A DNA stretch of 64,000 nt. Origin: a phage. The notes beneath the pieces were generated by a model. It did not search any database and was not told where the DNA came from. It worked only from the letters and a program-made list of their open reading frames with translations. Location: assembly GCA_025823825.1 (NCBI GenBank), contig GCA_025823825.1_4720.1. One strand, written 5' to 3'. Shown here piece by piece: positions 28,306 to 40,894 of this stretch. The stretch's first letter is position 1; each line of letters opens with the position of its first letter. The position numbers and the translations under genes were made by a program.

Positions 28306-28769
28306 TTCTTACCACGTGTGTTATAATAGTAACGCTGACAAAGATGTGTGTGATGATACTCCCGTTTGAACTCGACGCTGATAATGCGAGCAACTTCTCT
28401 CCAGTTAACTCCTTCATGCCGAAGTGCTGTAATACGGTCTGAAATTTTGCACCATTCATCTGGATCGTATCGTCGTAGTTTGAGTCGTCGTATTACGGAG
28501 GCGACACTCGCTCTCGATCGACCAAGATGATTTGACAGTTGTTTAACCGAGTATCTGTGGATATTGTCACGAATATAGGAAATCTCGTTGTCCGTATATG
28601 CCTCATTGGTTCTCGACGAAGGGAACAGCATATACAACTTATTCTTAATCGCGCTTTCTGTGCGTTGAAATACAGAAGCCAGCTCACTAACCGGTGGTCT
28701 GGGTATCTGGTCCGCGTAATACTCGAGGCGCGAGAGTTCCTCATCTGTCCAGCGACGACACTTGCGCAT
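28239..28769 (-). CDS. double Myb/SANT-like HTH protein, array member 2
   Basis: WTDEELSRLEYY... and QLSNHLGRSRASVASVIRRLKLRRY; start set at ATG 28769. Confidence 0.6.
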   Translation of the reverse strand: MRKCRRWTDEELSRLEYYADQIPRPPVSELASVFQRTESAIKNKLYMLFPSSRTNEAYTDNEISYIRDNIHRYSVKQLSNHLGRSRASVASVIRRLKLRRYDPDEWCKISDRITALRHEGVNWREVARIISVEFKREYHHTHLCQRYYYNTRGKKWQQVKNTQQPKSHSYAETRAS

Positions 28770-29244
28770 GGGCAACTCCTTTGTTTTTCGTGTAGTAACA
28801 CCAACGTTGATACAACGCATGTTTATTCGTTGTAATCCCAAATTTAACAACAACGTCGTATGTGATAACATTCCAATTTTGGGTAACGTTAAGTCGTTCC
28901 GCGATAAACGCGATAATCGCTTCCCGTTCTTGCTTGGTTAGCGCACGACGAATTCTATTAAGCCGTATAAACTGACGAACCGAGTCATACGAACGGTTTA
29001 AATCGTACGCAATCTCCCTCAGCGATTTTTGTTTGATTACCGACTTGATGTACGCGCGTTCTTCTTCCGTATACGGTCGATGCTTTTGACGTTGACGTAT
29101 TCCCAAACGTCCCAGACGCGCGTCGATGCTGGCGCGTGTTCGTCCTGTCCGTTGTGCGATTTCATCAATCGTCAGCGACGTGTTCAAATACAGGTGTGTA
29201 ACATCTTTTAACTCATCGTCACACCACGGCCGAGGTCGTCCCAT
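28741..29244 (-). CDS. double Myb/SANT-like HTH protein, array member 3
   Basis: WCDDELKDV...EIAQRTGRTRASIDARLGRLGIRQR and SLREIAYDLNRSYDSVRQFIRLNRIRR. Confidence 0.6.
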   Translation of the reverse strand: MGRPRPWCDDELKDVTHLYLNTSLTIDEIAQRTGRTRASIDARLGRLGIRQRQKHRPYTEEERAYIKSVIKQKSLREIAYDLNRSYDSVRQFIRLNRIRRALTKQEREAIIAFIAERLNVTQNWNVITYDVVVKFGITTNKHALYQRWCYYTKNKGVAHAQVSSLDR

Positions 29245-29722
29245 CTTGTATCCCTCTTTTCTTTCTATGATGCCACCAACGCTGATAGACAGCTTGCTTC
29301 GTACGTGTTATGCCAAAATGCGCATTAACCCGTTCAGCAATGTGGTGCCAATCCTGTGTTTCTTCCAACAATGTATCAACGAAGGCTATGAAGATCTTAG
29401 TATCATCCTCACTTAACCGCTTGAAACCATGACGGTGTGCTATCGTTCTAATACTGTTTGGATCTCTGTTTAAATCGCGTGCGAGTTGTTTGTAACTTTT
29501 GTGTTTGCAGTGCACTCTGATGTATTCCAACTCATCGACACTGAAACGTTTATGCGGTTTACGACGTTCAACATTTAAGTACCTCAACCTAGATTCGATT
29601 GCCCCATACGTCGTTTCCATGATTTCCGCGATTTCACGGATTTTTAATTTCGGATGGCGGTGGTACAATTTCAGCAACTGTTCATCGTCCTTACGATTCC
29701 ATCGTCGTACTGGAGGTTTCAC
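29219..29722 (-). CDS. double Myb/SANT-like HTH protein, array member 4
   Basis: WNRKDDEQLLKLY...IREIAEIMETTYGAIESRLRYL and YKQLARDLNRDPNSIRTIAHRHGFKR. Confidence 0.6.
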   Translation of the reverse strand: MKPPVRRWNRKDDEQLLKLYHRHPKLKIREIAEIMETTYGAIESRLRYLNVERRKPHKRFSVDELEYIRVHCKHKSYKQLARDLNRDPNSIRTIAHRHGFKRLSEDDTKIFIAFVDTLLEETQDWHHIAERVNAHFGITRTKQAVYQRWWHHRKKRGIQDGTTSAVV

Positions 29723-29735
29723 AACGAGATTTCTC

Positions 29736-30203
29736 CTATTCTACGCGTTTTAATGCTTGAGTGTAGTAGAGGGCATGAACACCGCTTAACGTGTAATGGG
29801 TGTTAAATTCGTTATTGATGATATTCTGTATTCTCTCCCAGGTTTTCTTCTCTTTTCTAAGAGTATGTATTCGGTGATAGATCATCTCTCGACGTTGCGC
29901 TTTGCACGCGATAATACCGTAGCGGTAGCAGAGTTTAGCGATCGCATCCACGCTACGATTGAACATTACCGCGGCTTCTTTCACGCTGTGCGTCTTGAGA
30001 TAATCGGCTAACATCACGCGTTCTTCGAAACAACAATAGCGGTGACGCGACGTGAGTTTCCAGCGCTTGCGATTACGGTTAATTCGACCTTGAACCGAAC
30101 CTTCCGTTCGGCCAAGTCGTACCGCAATCTCTTGCATCGGTATACCGTTTCGGTACAGGGTAATCAACATCGCATCTTCTTCGGGTGTCCAGTCCTTGAC
30201 CAT
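29736..30203 (-). CDS. double Myb/SANT-like HTH protein, array member 5
   Basis: WTPEEDAMLITLYRNGIPMQEIAVRLGRTEGSVQGRINRNRKRW and VKEAAVMFNRSVDAIAKL. Confidence 0.6.
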   Translation of the reverse strand: MVKDWTPEEDAMLITLYRNGIPMQEIAVRLGRTEGSVQGRINRNRKRWKLTSRHRYCCFEERVMLADYLKTHSVKEAAVMFNRSVDAIAKLCYRYGIIACKAQRREMIYHRIHTLRKEKKTWERIQNIINNEFNTHYTLSGVHALYYTQALKRVE

Positions 30204-30215
30204 AATGCCACCCCA

Positions 30216-32906
<2,691 letters not shown>

Positions 32907-32986
32907 AAAATTGTCAAAATGTACATCGGCATAACGCCCGTGCCCGCCCGTGATGGGAGGGACACAGGCAATACGCTTTTATTTCA

Positions 32987-33619
32987 TCAAGACTTCACAA
33001 CGCATTCGACTTCGTCGTTCATATAGGCTTCGTATAAAGACAGTACTTCCTTCATTTTAATTTCAGGTAACGCAACAGAACGAATCGCTTTCAGGATATT
33101 CCGTGTCTGATGATGTTTAACCTTCGCTTCACGTAGTTTACAGAATTGACGGATGCAGGTATTAACTTTACCACCTTCCGCACGTTCGAGGGCGACGTGC
33201 AGTTTCAGATCCAGTAATACTTCCGTGAGTTCCTGGGTGGCAGGATCGTTACGAATAAGTCGCACCGTCCGTTCATCCGGATTCAACATCGTGAGGAACT
33301 GAAGCTTGATCTGTTCAGGTACGGGTTTCGTGTTCATCATGATGGCGTCAAACTGTTCCTTAACATCCAACTCATTGAACACATAACGTTCGATGTGTAC
33401 GACGTGTGCTTTTCCCGACTCACCGTAAATCGCCATCGCACGATAGTCATCGAACAACACAGCATACAACAAATCCTGTTCCGGTCCGATGGTACCATCG
33501 ATGAGCTTCGGGGCGTGTTTCCTAAAGAAGCCGTAGCGAACCGCTTCATCCGGCATGAGCGTCCACGCATTAACGGGCTGTTTTACGAGTTCCATGTAAC
33601 ACCTCATCAAGATTATCAC
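32987..33619 (-). CDS. hypothetical protein (210 aa)
   Basis: Minus-strand ORF; no motif recognised. Confidence 0.5.
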   Translation of the reverse strand: MIILMRCYMELVKQPVNAWTLMPDEAVRYGFFRKHAPKLIDGTIGPEQDLLYAVLFDDYRAMAIYGESGKAHVVHIERYVFNELDVKEQFDAIMMNTKPVPEQIKLQFLTMLNPDERTVRLIRNDPATQELTEVLLDLKLHVALERAEGGKVNTCIRQFCKLREAKVKHHQTRNILKAIRSVALPEIKMKEVLSLYEAYMNDEVECVVKS

Positions 33620-33878
33620 TTACGCCAGGCGGTACCACAATACCGGTACGAATCACAGCAGCAACTTCCTGCATGCCCTTACCCTTCAACGCATAGGTTT
33701 CATGTACCACATTACGTCGAGTCGTTAATCCAACAAATTTACATACAACCATGTTGTTTTCTGAAAGATAAGCGGTGTCGAGTTCACCGTGCAACAATTC
33801 TTTTTCTTTGGTATCAATACCTAATAACGCAATTTGATAAGCAGAAAGTTTCCAATAACGCATAATCGTCCTATTCAT
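33570..33878 (-). CDS. hypothetical protein (102 aa)
   Basis: Minus-strand ORF overlapping both neighbours; start uncertain. Confidence 0.35.
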   Translation of the reverse strand: MNRTIMRYWKLSAYQIALLGIDTKEKELLHGELDTAYLSENNMVVCKFVGLTTRRNVVHETYALKGKGMQEVAAVIRTGIVVPPGVSDNLDEVLHGTRKTAR

Positions 33879-34698
33879 AAACTATCAAATATTCTGAAAC
33901 CAAGTTTCTTGTTTCTACTTTTGCCGAAATCGTTCTTCGTACAGTTACAGGGTACAATTTTGTCGCCGAACTATAAATCTCTTCAGTCAACGCACAAGCA
34001 CTGTTGCTAATGATTGTAGGAATTCCCCGCGAGCGCAAGTTGTCAGCCTTTTCTGCAAGATAACGATGATCGTCTAATGTAAACCCCTCTTGAGTATAGC
34101 CCGTAAACGATGCGGTGGGGGAAATGGGAATATAAGGAGGGTCGCAATAAACGACGTCACCCGGAACCACCTTTTCAAGATGCTTCTGGAACCCACCACT
34201 TACAATTTCTACCCCCCCCCCCTCGACGAAGGCAGCCTGAAGATGGTTCGCTGCCAGACGCAATTCCTGTTTCGGGAAATAGACGGTCTTATACCGCCCA
34301 TGCGCAACATTAAATAAACCATCACGATTATAACGACATAAGCCATTGAAACCGTAACGGTTTAAATACATGAAGCAAACTGCGCGTTCCCACGGATCTT
34401 CAGCGCGGTTAAAACGTTCACGTATCTCGTAGTAGCTTCTGACGTCGGTAGGATCCGTTTGAAAAAGACGTTCCACTTCTTCGATGAAAGATTCTGGACG
34501 CGCTAGCAACGCAGACCATACTGAGAGAATATCCTCATTCGCATCACCTATCGAATACGCTGGGTACTTAAGAGCAAGCGTAACAGCGCCGGAACCAACG
34601 AATGGTTCAACAAGACGCTTTCCTTTAGGTAACACTTTTTCAATCTCAGGGATAAGCCTGGTTTTGTTCCCAAGCCATTTAAGAAATGTTCTGCTCAT
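33871..34698 (-). CDS. dam: Dam-type DNA N6-adenine methyltransferase
   Basis: N-terminal FLKWLGNKTRL and EPFVGSGAV, catalytic motif VVYCDPPY, NRYGFNGLCRYN block; contains a G11 run encoding EGGGV. Confidence 0.85.
   Translation of the reverse strand: MSRTFLKWLGNKTRLIPEIEKVLPKGKRLVEPFVGSGAVTLALKYPAYSIGDANEDILSVWSALLARPESFIEEVERLFQTDPTDVRSYYEIRERFNRAEDPWERAVCFMYLNRYGFNGLCRYNRDGLFNVAHGRYKTVYFPKQELRLAANHLQAAFVEGGGVEIVSGGFQKHLEKVVPGDVVYCDPPYIPISPTASFTGYTQEGFTLDDHRYLAEKADNLRSRGIPTIISNSACALTEEIYSSATKLYPVTVRRTISAKVETRNLVSEYLIVYE
34210..34231 (-). repeat. C11 homopolymer with flank TA-C11-TCGACGAAG (copy 2), inside dam
   Basis: Eleven C at 34212-34222 on plus strand, G11 on the dam coding strand. 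Confidence 0.7.
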
Positions 34699-35113
34699 CG
34701 ATTGGCGTTCCGATAATGTTGATGACTATTTCCGTTCGAACCGGATTGGTCAGTACGGCCTGCATGCGTTCAAGCATTGTTGGGTTATCCGTAACCACCA
34801 CATCGGCGTAACACAACGGATGACTTTCGAATGCTTCGGTGTCACTTACTAACAGAACACCCATCACATTTACGTATTGCGGTATGCGTCCACGGATGCG
34901 TTGCCACATGTCTTGAGTAAGGTCTTCGTTTTCTAATGCCACCACGATGACAGGGCTGATATTTACCGGGAAACGCGGATGCACCGTGCGGCGAAAGGTC
35001 ACCCAGCTTTCGACGTGGGATAATGCAAGTTCGAGAGAACAGCACTTTGGAGAAATCTGTATGTTTATTTGCTGAATCAATGAAAGGGGGTTTTGTACAG
35101 TCGCTTCAGCCAT
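34679..35113 (-). CDS. hypothetical protein (144 aa)
   Basis: Minus-strand ORF; no motif recognised. Confidence 0.45.
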   Translation of the reverse strand: MAEATVQNPLSLIQQINIQISPKCCSLELALSHVESWVTFRRTVHPRFPVNISPVIVVALENEDLTQDMWQRIRGRIPQYVNVMGVLLVSDTEAFESHPLCYADVVVTDNPTMLERMQAVLTNPVRTEIVINIIGTPIDEQNIS

Positions 35114-36091
35114 TTACTTTTTCCTGAAAATTAATGTTGGTAAGCCGTTTCTTACAGCATAATACAACACTAAGAGGTTAATCTTACCTGCGGATACCGT
35201 AAGCATTTTACGACGACGTGGTAAACTAACCGGTACGGTAGACGCCATCGTTGCGCTGTTCTTGAACGTTTGGGAATAACGTCGCAGCGATGCTTCACCT
35301 AACAATGGAAGGAACAGATCCTCGGTAAGAATATCATCGCAGATATACGTAATCGCAAGTAACGGCGGATTCCACTCGTTCAGGAACTCGAAAATCTCGT
35401 TTGTGATACCCAACGCATTATTAGGAAGCGGAACCTCACGAACGTATTTCTGATTGCCTTTATCCAGCAGGATTCTTGACATACAGTAATCGTGGATTAT
35501 ACCCGCAACATCATCCGCTGTTTCTGCGTTCTGCATCAACGCCTGTGCTTCTTCCCAGGTCAGCTGACGTTTTGTTTCGTAGTAGGTTGGTTTCAAAACC
35601 GCGTAAAAATCGTGGATTAAGCGACCAACATCCCCACGGGTTTTTGTTGCTAACGCGATCGCGTACGCTTTCTTCTCCGCATCCGTTAAGATCTGATTAC
35701 GCCACAGTTCGTATTCGTCTAACAGCTCGGTGTATTTGGCTGTCCATTCAGAGGAAAGATAATAACCAATACTATCAATCATTGCACGTGTTAAAACACC
35801 CAGACGTTCGCGTCTTGGATCGACCGACGGCTCATAAACGAAAGGTAGCTTCGGTTTTTCAAAACCACCGGCTACGACGGTATCTGAAAAAGCGTTAGCA
35901 AAAACACCCATTGGTTTCCATGACGTAAGAAGATCCTGATATAGCATTGGATGAATGTTATTAATCGCAGTGAGTTTGTCATCGAAAAGACTAATGCTTG
36001 GATGTTCAGCATTCGCAAGCTCAAAATAAATTCTTTCGAGCAACGCCTTTACGACATCGCGTGTCTTATCAATTGGGCCAACAGAAGCCAT
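35114..36091 (-). CDS. hypothetical protein (325 aa)
   Basis: Minus-strand ORF; no motif recognised. Confidence 0.55.
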   Translation of the reverse strand: MASVGPIDKTRDVVKALLERIYFELANAEHPSISLFDDKLTAINNIHPMLYQDLLTSWKPMGVFANAFSDTVVAGGFEKPKLPFVYEPSVDPRRERLGVLTRAMIDSIGYYLSSEWTAKYTELLDEYELWRNQILTDAEKKAYAIALATKTRGDVGRLIHDFYAVLKPTYYETKRQLTWEEAQALMQNAETADDVAGIIHDYCMSRILLDKGNQKYVREVPLPNNALGITNEIFEFLNEWNPPLLAITYICDDILTEDLFLPLLGEASLRRYSQTFKNSATMASTVPVSLPRRRKMLTVSAGKINLLVLYYAVRNGLPTLIFRKK

Positions 36092-36105
36092 GTAGATTAT
36101 CCTCG

Positions 36106-36372
36106 TTAAAAAGTACCCATGATAGATAGGGCGATATGGTCTTTGTTCGCACGCGCTTGTAACGACATATCGAGACCGCTTTTCTTAATATGCCAACGCG
36201 CCACCAGTTCTGGTTGGTCAACGGAATACAGCCCTTCTCGATGTTGATTCAACCATTTAGCAATCGGATGCAATTTATCAGGATTGACCACACCCAATTC
36301 CAAGCCGCCGGATGTTAGTGGTTTAGAATAAAAGTCAAGTGCGTTCCGTAAAAAGTCATCCTCGATACTCAT
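36106..36372 (-). CDS. hypothetical protein (88 aa)
   Basis: Small minus-strand ORF. Confidence 0.4.
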   Translation of the reverse strand: MSIEDDFLRNALDFYSKPLTSGGLELGVVNPDKLHPIAKWLNQHREGLYSVDQPELVARWHIKKSGLDMSLQARANKDHIALSIMGTF

Positions 36373-36561
36373 CGCAGCATACCAGCCATGCCAATTACGG
36401 CAAACAGTATACCAACAGCGCTATATGCGAGCAACGCCTTAGCAACCCAAGATTTTATTTCCGTATACTCTTCATTATTCACCACGTTTCACCTCGTTCG
36501 GTTGTTGTCCGATCTCATACCTTTACCTAAGCGTATCCCCGTCGTTAAGACGGGGTGCTTA

Positions 36562-36936
36562 TCACCAGAGACGATTACCTTCCTCGTCCCACCACGCAAT
36601 CGCTTGTGTCGACTCAAATGAGTTAGGACGTAATACCATGCCCTTGCGATCAACGATTAATCGCAATTCCGTACCGAACCATTCAATCGAGATAAACAAA
36701 CCCTTCCGAATGATTGCTTGATAACCTGATAGCCGCTCAAAGAGTCGTTGAAAGATCTCATCATGCGAGCATGATGTTAACGCTTCTGAATAACGCTGCA
36801 TCGATCTTGTATCAACGGGTAAACGTGTTTTACAGTTCCACCACAACACAGCGTACATCAGTGCAGCACTACGCAATCGTAACGATTGAACAGGCGTTAG
36901 TTGTCGTCCTTCAACATCATCGATAATAACATACAT
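36562..36936 (-). CDS. hypothetical protein (124 aa)
   Basis: Minus-strand ORF. Confidence 0.4.
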   Translation of the reverse strand: MYVIIDDVEGRQLTPVQSLRLRSAALMYAVLWWNCKTRLPVDTRSMQRYSEALTSCSHDEIFQRLFERLSGYQAIIRKGLFISIEWFGTELRLIVDRKGMVLRPNSFESTQAIAWWDEEGNRLW

Positions 36937-37171
36937 TGCGTCTTATTCCGCGTCTGTTTTCTTAACATGGACACATTCCGCATCGATAGTCACGCCAGTA
37001 GAACGATTGGTCTCGTTGGTAGAATCAAATCCGCTGTTGAACAACATTGCGAACGTATTATTATCCATACGAGCAAAGGTCTCCGCAATACGATCGGGAT
37101 GAAAATCGGTGCGGTTGATGGTCGATTTCACAAAAACTCCTATAAACAAAAATTAATTATTGATGTTAAAA

Positions 37172-37651
37172 TTAAAGCAGAATCTGCGGACAGCAGCACG
37201 ATTCGTATCCACCTTCGTGCGGTAGTGTATTGCTGGTGTCAGGCCAGACAAGCTGGATACCAGCGACATTACCATATCGAATAACGGCCAACGTCGCGTA
37301 TTCTTTATTAAAGGCTTCGATATCTTCGATTTCGCGCACATCGAGTCGCAAGGTTTCGCCTGTACCTTTCAGGATCATGTTACCATCGAATGCGCCCAAT
37401 GGGATGGTCTTTGTTTTCACCATGAAGTTACCCAGTTTGTTGATTGCTGAACCGAGCGCCGGACAGCAACCAGATACAAAGATTTCCGGCATTCCATGGG
37501 CGGTTAGGCCAACAGTATACATAAAGCCGGGCTCGTCGCTTCCCTCATCAGGAGCGACACTGATAATAGCCCATTGCTTTTTCTCGATATAATCTTCAAC
37601 AAAATCGTCCAGTTTTGAAAAATTGTTATTAAGTTTAACCACGTTACTCAT
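37172..37651 (-). CDS. hypothetical protein (159 aa), possibly DUF4262-like
   Basis: EPGFMYTVGLTAHGMPEIFVSG motif; weak recollection of a domain of unknown function. Confidence 0.4.
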   Translation of the reverse strand: MSNVVKLNNNFSKLDDFVEDYIEKKQWAIISVAPDEGSDEPGFMYTVGLTAHGMPEIFVSGCCPALGSAINKLGNFMVKTKTIPLGAFDGNMILKGTGETLRLDVREIEDIEAFNKEYATLAVIRYGNVAGIQLVWPDTSNTLPHEGGYESCCCPQILL

Positions 37652-37937
37652 GTTCTTTATCCTTTAATGCGTTTTCTAACCAATGGACATAACTTTCGCG
37701 ATAGACATGTATATGTCCTTTGCCGTCGCGGGAATTAGGGTCGATAAGATGAACTGCAACACACGTTGATGCTGCTGCATGTTGCAGGTGTTTCTGCGTT
37801 AGCCGTCCGAGTTTTGCCCAACGTTTGATAAAGCGCGCATCAGCCGCTAGACACGTTCTATCGTCAACAAAGGGTACCAGCACCTGAACGATACTACCGT
37901 AATACACCATCGAACTGTTGAACATCTGCGTCTCCAT
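37644..37937 (-). CDS. hypothetical protein (97 aa)
   Basis: Minus-strand ORF. Confidence 0.4.
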   Translation of the reverse strand: METQMFNSSMVYYGSIVQVLVPFVDDRTCLAADARFIKRWAKLGRLTQKHLQHAAASTCVAVHLIDPNSRDGKGHIHVYRESYVHWLENALKDKEHE

Positions 37938-37955
37938 GCAAATGGATGGGGCGGA

Positions 37956-38264
37956 TTAGTGAAGAATTACCGTTTGCGATCCGTTCTCGTATTCGGTAAG
38001 TAACTCGTCATACCGACGATCGACTACCTTGATTGCATTATCGATCTCTGTCGTGTCTGATACAACAGATCGTTTCGCTTCCAGTCGATATACTAACGCA
38101 TCACGCATACCCTCGGCTGCAGCGAGTTCACAGGTTGCTTGATGTTTATTATCCGAAAAGACGAAGAATGGTTTGTTCTCTTCATCGGCCAGGAAGTAGT
38201 TACGAATCTCAACCAACCTTTCATCTGGAACCAGTTCACATTTGTTTTCGTTCATTTTCATCAT
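37956..38264 (-). CDS. hypothetical protein (102 aa)
   Basis: Minus-strand ORF. Confidence 0.4.
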   Translation of the reverse strand: MMKMNENKCELVPDERLVEIRNYFLADEENKPFFVFSDNKHQATCELAAAEGMRDALVYRLEAKRSVVSDTTEIDNAIKVVDRRYDELLTEYENGSQTVILH

Positions 38265-38269
38265 CTCTC

Positions 38270-38602
38270 TTAAAGTTTTAACGTATTGACGCCGCTTATA
38301 AAGGCGTTGATTTCATTGTCAATATTACCAGTTTGCTCGATAATCTTCTCCACGGTCAATCTTGGTTTGTTGTAAGCGATACATACAGCATCGGGACCAT
38401 TTCCATACATGCTCGCGACGTAAATTCGAAGTTCTTTTAAACGATCAAGTAACAACTGTGTGATATCCAGAACTTCTTCTGTGGCGGTCTGTGTGTTGCA
38501 TTCGCGTAACTTGTGTTCTAACAGCGAAGTCGCAGCATCGAGCATGGATGTGTATTTACGGTAGTTATAAATATCAATTATAGCTGTCTGATTCATATAC
38601 AC
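38270..38602 (-). CDS. hypothetical protein (110 aa)
   Basis: Minus-strand ORF. Confidence 0.4.
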   Translation of the reverse strand: MYMNQTAIIDIYNYRKYTSMLDAATSLLEHKLRECNTQTATEEVLDITQLLLDRLKELRIYVASMYGNGPDAVCIAYNKPRLTVEKIIEQTGNIDNEINAFISGVNTLKL

Positions 38603-38607
38603 GTTAT

Positions 38608-38976
38608 TTATTTATCGGGGTCTGGAAAATAGTAAAATCGCCAATACAACATAGAAATCGCATTTCTTATTCGATTCGCACGAACACGGCGTCCGAGAAA
38701 GGACTTGTAGCAAGAATCGCAATCCATAAACAACTCATGGCTCGATTTCATCAGAACCACGATATCTCTTATATACGAATTGCAGTACTCGATAAACGGG
38801 TCTGTATCGTACGTATATTTCCTCGCACTACCTATCCCCAACTCTCTATTTAACTCACGACAATTTATCATGAGCTTCACATAACGGATAAGCCGAACGA
38901 AGTCACGTAAATTACGATTAAACCAATATCGATACCAAAATGACTGTATACTCCGAACAGTTCTATTTAACTTCAT
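38608..38976 (-). CDS. hypothetical protein (122 aa)
   Basis: Minus-strand ORF in AT-rich block. Confidence 0.4.
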   Translation of the reverse strand: MKLNRTVRSIQSFWYRYWFNRNLRDFVRLIRYVKLMINCRELNRELGIGSARKYTYDTDPFIEYCNSYIRDIVVLMKSSHELFMDCDSCYKSFLGRRVRANRIRNAISMLYWRFYYFPDPDK

Positions 38977-39604
38977 TGATACCTTCTATTAGTTGTACAG
39001 CAACTTCTTTTTCGGTGCTATAAAAGAACTTGCGGTGGAACTGAACAAGAAGCTTTTCGAATTTACATTGAACGATCTTTTTGCGTTCGATATGACCCAG
39101 GGAGAGCAAAGCACCCATGCAACGTACCGCTTGTTCGAGAACTTGTTTCGCGGTATCGTGATCGTCCGGTAACGGTAAATCTTCCTCATCGTCTTTAGCG
39201 ATAAGGCGTCTGATGATGTTATCGATACGTATCTCATCACCGTTAATAAAAGCCCCCTTCTCCCAGTCATCGAATCGTTGATGGATTCGACGTTGTAAGT
39301 TGGCTCTGTCTTCCATTAACTCTTTCAACTGGCTTTCTAAGTGGGATACGGTACGGCGGTCGGTTTCAGTGAAGTTTTCCGATTCTTTGTACCACCAATC
39401 ATTACGCGATAGTAAATCGTTAACGCGCGAAATCGTCCGACGACACTCACTAACAAGCCCATCACCATTCGGTAGCTCCGTGCCGAAATAGCATTTGTAT
39501 TTATAACGCATAACACGGATTAAACGTTTCGCTAGAAAACCTTGCCTTTCCAGTTTCTTCTTCAGTTGTGTGTATTTCTCTTCTTTTGTTTCCATTAATT
39601 CCAT
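38963..39604 (-). CDS. hypothetical protein (213 aa)
   Basis: Minus-strand ORF in AT-rich block. Confidence 0.45.
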   Translation of the reverse strand: MELMETKEEKYTQLKKKLERQGFLAKRLIRVMRYKYKCYFGTELPNGDGLVSECRRTISRVNDLLSRNDWWYKESENFTETDRRTVSHLESQLKELMEDRANLQRRIHQRFDDWEKGAFINGDEIRIDNIIRRLIAKDDEEDLPLPDDHDTAKQVLEQAVRCMGALLSLGHIERKKIVQCKFEKLLVQFHRKFFYSTEKEVAVQLIEGINEVK

Positions 39605-39993
39605 GATGTTGTACCTCGTTCAGCAATCAGGAGAGTCGTGGTTGTGCTTTTCACTAATCTATTAAAGTCTTGATATATCCGCCTGAGGGATGGTTTCAAA
39701 TCACAATAACGGCTGAAATAAACCTTCAAGTCATCTTTTGTCACAGTCTCCGTATTTATTTTCGTAGAAACACCGAGATCGATAAACTCTTTTCTTAATT
39801 GGGATAATTCATCAAGAAGTCGATGGTGGCTTAGATAAATAACAGATTTATCGGATAACAACTCGCCGGTTATCCGGCTCTGGCGTTCATCGAAATATTG
39901 GAGCCGCCATTCAATTCGCTTACGTAATTTATCAAGTAAATCAACAAAAGCGGTATAGCTGTTAACGGCTAGGTTAACTTGACTCGTTATCAT
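39595..39993 (-). CDS. hypothetical protein (132 aa)
   Basis: Minus-strand ORF in AT-rich block. Confidence 0.4.
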   Translation of the reverse strand: MITSQVNLAVNSYTAFVDLLDKLRKRIEWRLQYFDERQSRITGELLSDKSVIYLSHHRLLDELSQLRKEFIDLGVSTKINTETVTKDDLKVYFSRYCDLKPSLRRIYQDFNRLVKSTTTTLLIAERGTTSWN

Positions 39994-40340
39994 TCCACTT
40001 TCTCCGTTATATGCTTTAAACTGTTACGTATACTTTTCAATCGATGGTTAAATCCGGAACGATAACATTTCCGTACATCCCGTGCTGCTCGCGCTTTATT
40101 CGCCTGATGAAGCTGCTCATTCACCTGCGACGCTATACGTAAACGCTCTAATAAAGACCTCAACCGAACGACAACCAACGGCTGTTCTTTTACCTTCTCT
40201 AGTTTGAGTAAAGAGTCAATATGAAACTTTATTTCGATAATCTGATTCCTGTTTTTGCGGTACTGATGAATATACCAACATCGACGAAAATAGGCGATGT
40301 TTAGCATCGGGTAGATCCTTTTCAACGCTACCTCCAACAA
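39990..40340 (-). CDS. hypothetical protein (116 aa), basic
   Basis: Minus-strand ORF in AT-rich block. Confidence 0.4.
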   Translation of the reverse strand: MLEVALKRIYPMLNIAYFRRCWYIHQYRKNRNQIIEIKFHIDSLLKLEKVKEQPLVVVRLRSLLERLRIASQVNEQLHQANKARAARDVRKCYRSGFNHRLKSIRNSLKHITEKVE

Positions 40341-40525
40341 TACATCGGATTAGGCGCTTTATGGTATTTATAGATACCTACTTTCTTCTGTCTGCCTTTA
40401 CCCGGGCCTCGTTTAATACGTTTGTTATAAACACGATCCAAATATCGAGTGGTGATACATCGGGATAAATACACCGGATCGATATATTCTAGCGTACCTG
40501 CTTCTGTCACTTCGAGGCATTGCAT
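40328..40525 (-). CDS. small basic protein (65 aa) with KRGPGKGRQKK motif
   Basis: One of three tandem mini-ORFs sharing a Lys/Gly-rich motif. Confidence 0.3.
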   Translation of the reverse strand: MQCLEVTEAGTLEYIDPVYLSRCITTRYLDRVYNKRIKRGPGKGRQKKVGIYKYHKAPNPMYCWR

Positions 40526-40551
40526 GCGTAACCTCTCTTTTCTCTAAAAAG

Positions 40552-40755
40552 TCAGTCCAACATAAGCCACGGCATCGCTTTCGCGATAGAATCCACCGCA
40601 GCATTTGCGATCCTTCGTTCAGTCGTCGGTACCACATGTGCAACGAACCGTTTCCCTTTATTGCAACCTTTCTTGTGTTTTCCTTTGACTAAACGAACAC
40701 CGATCATGTCATTGATAACATGATTTAGTATGTAGCGCTGTAGAGAATTAATCAT
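40552..40755 (-). CDS. small basic protein (67 aa) with KGKHKKGCNKGKR motif
   Basis: Tandem mini-ORF, shared Lys/Gly-rich motif. Confidence 0.3.
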   Translation of the reverse strand: MINSLQRYILNHVINDMIGVRLVKGKHKKGCNKGKRFVAHVVPTTERRIANAAVDSIAKAMPWLMLD

Positions 40756-40894
40756 CGCTTTTACTCCAGGCAGAGAAGATTCTCGGTTTTAGTTCTATCT
40801 GTCCGCATATCCAGGTGTATCTCCATTTACCTTTACGAGGACCTTTCTTATTTTTAACACCTATCAGAATACGATAGGGGTATGACCAAGCCAT
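40748..40894 (-). CDS. small basic protein (~48 aa) with KNKKGPRKGKW motif
   Basis: Hand-translated from ATG 40894 (MAWSYPYRILIGVKNKKGPRKGKWRYTWICG...); below ORF-track size cut-off, stop position approximate. Confidence 0.25.
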   Translation of the reverse strand: MAWSYPYRILIGVKNKKGPRKGKWRYTWICGQIELKPRIFSAWSKSDD

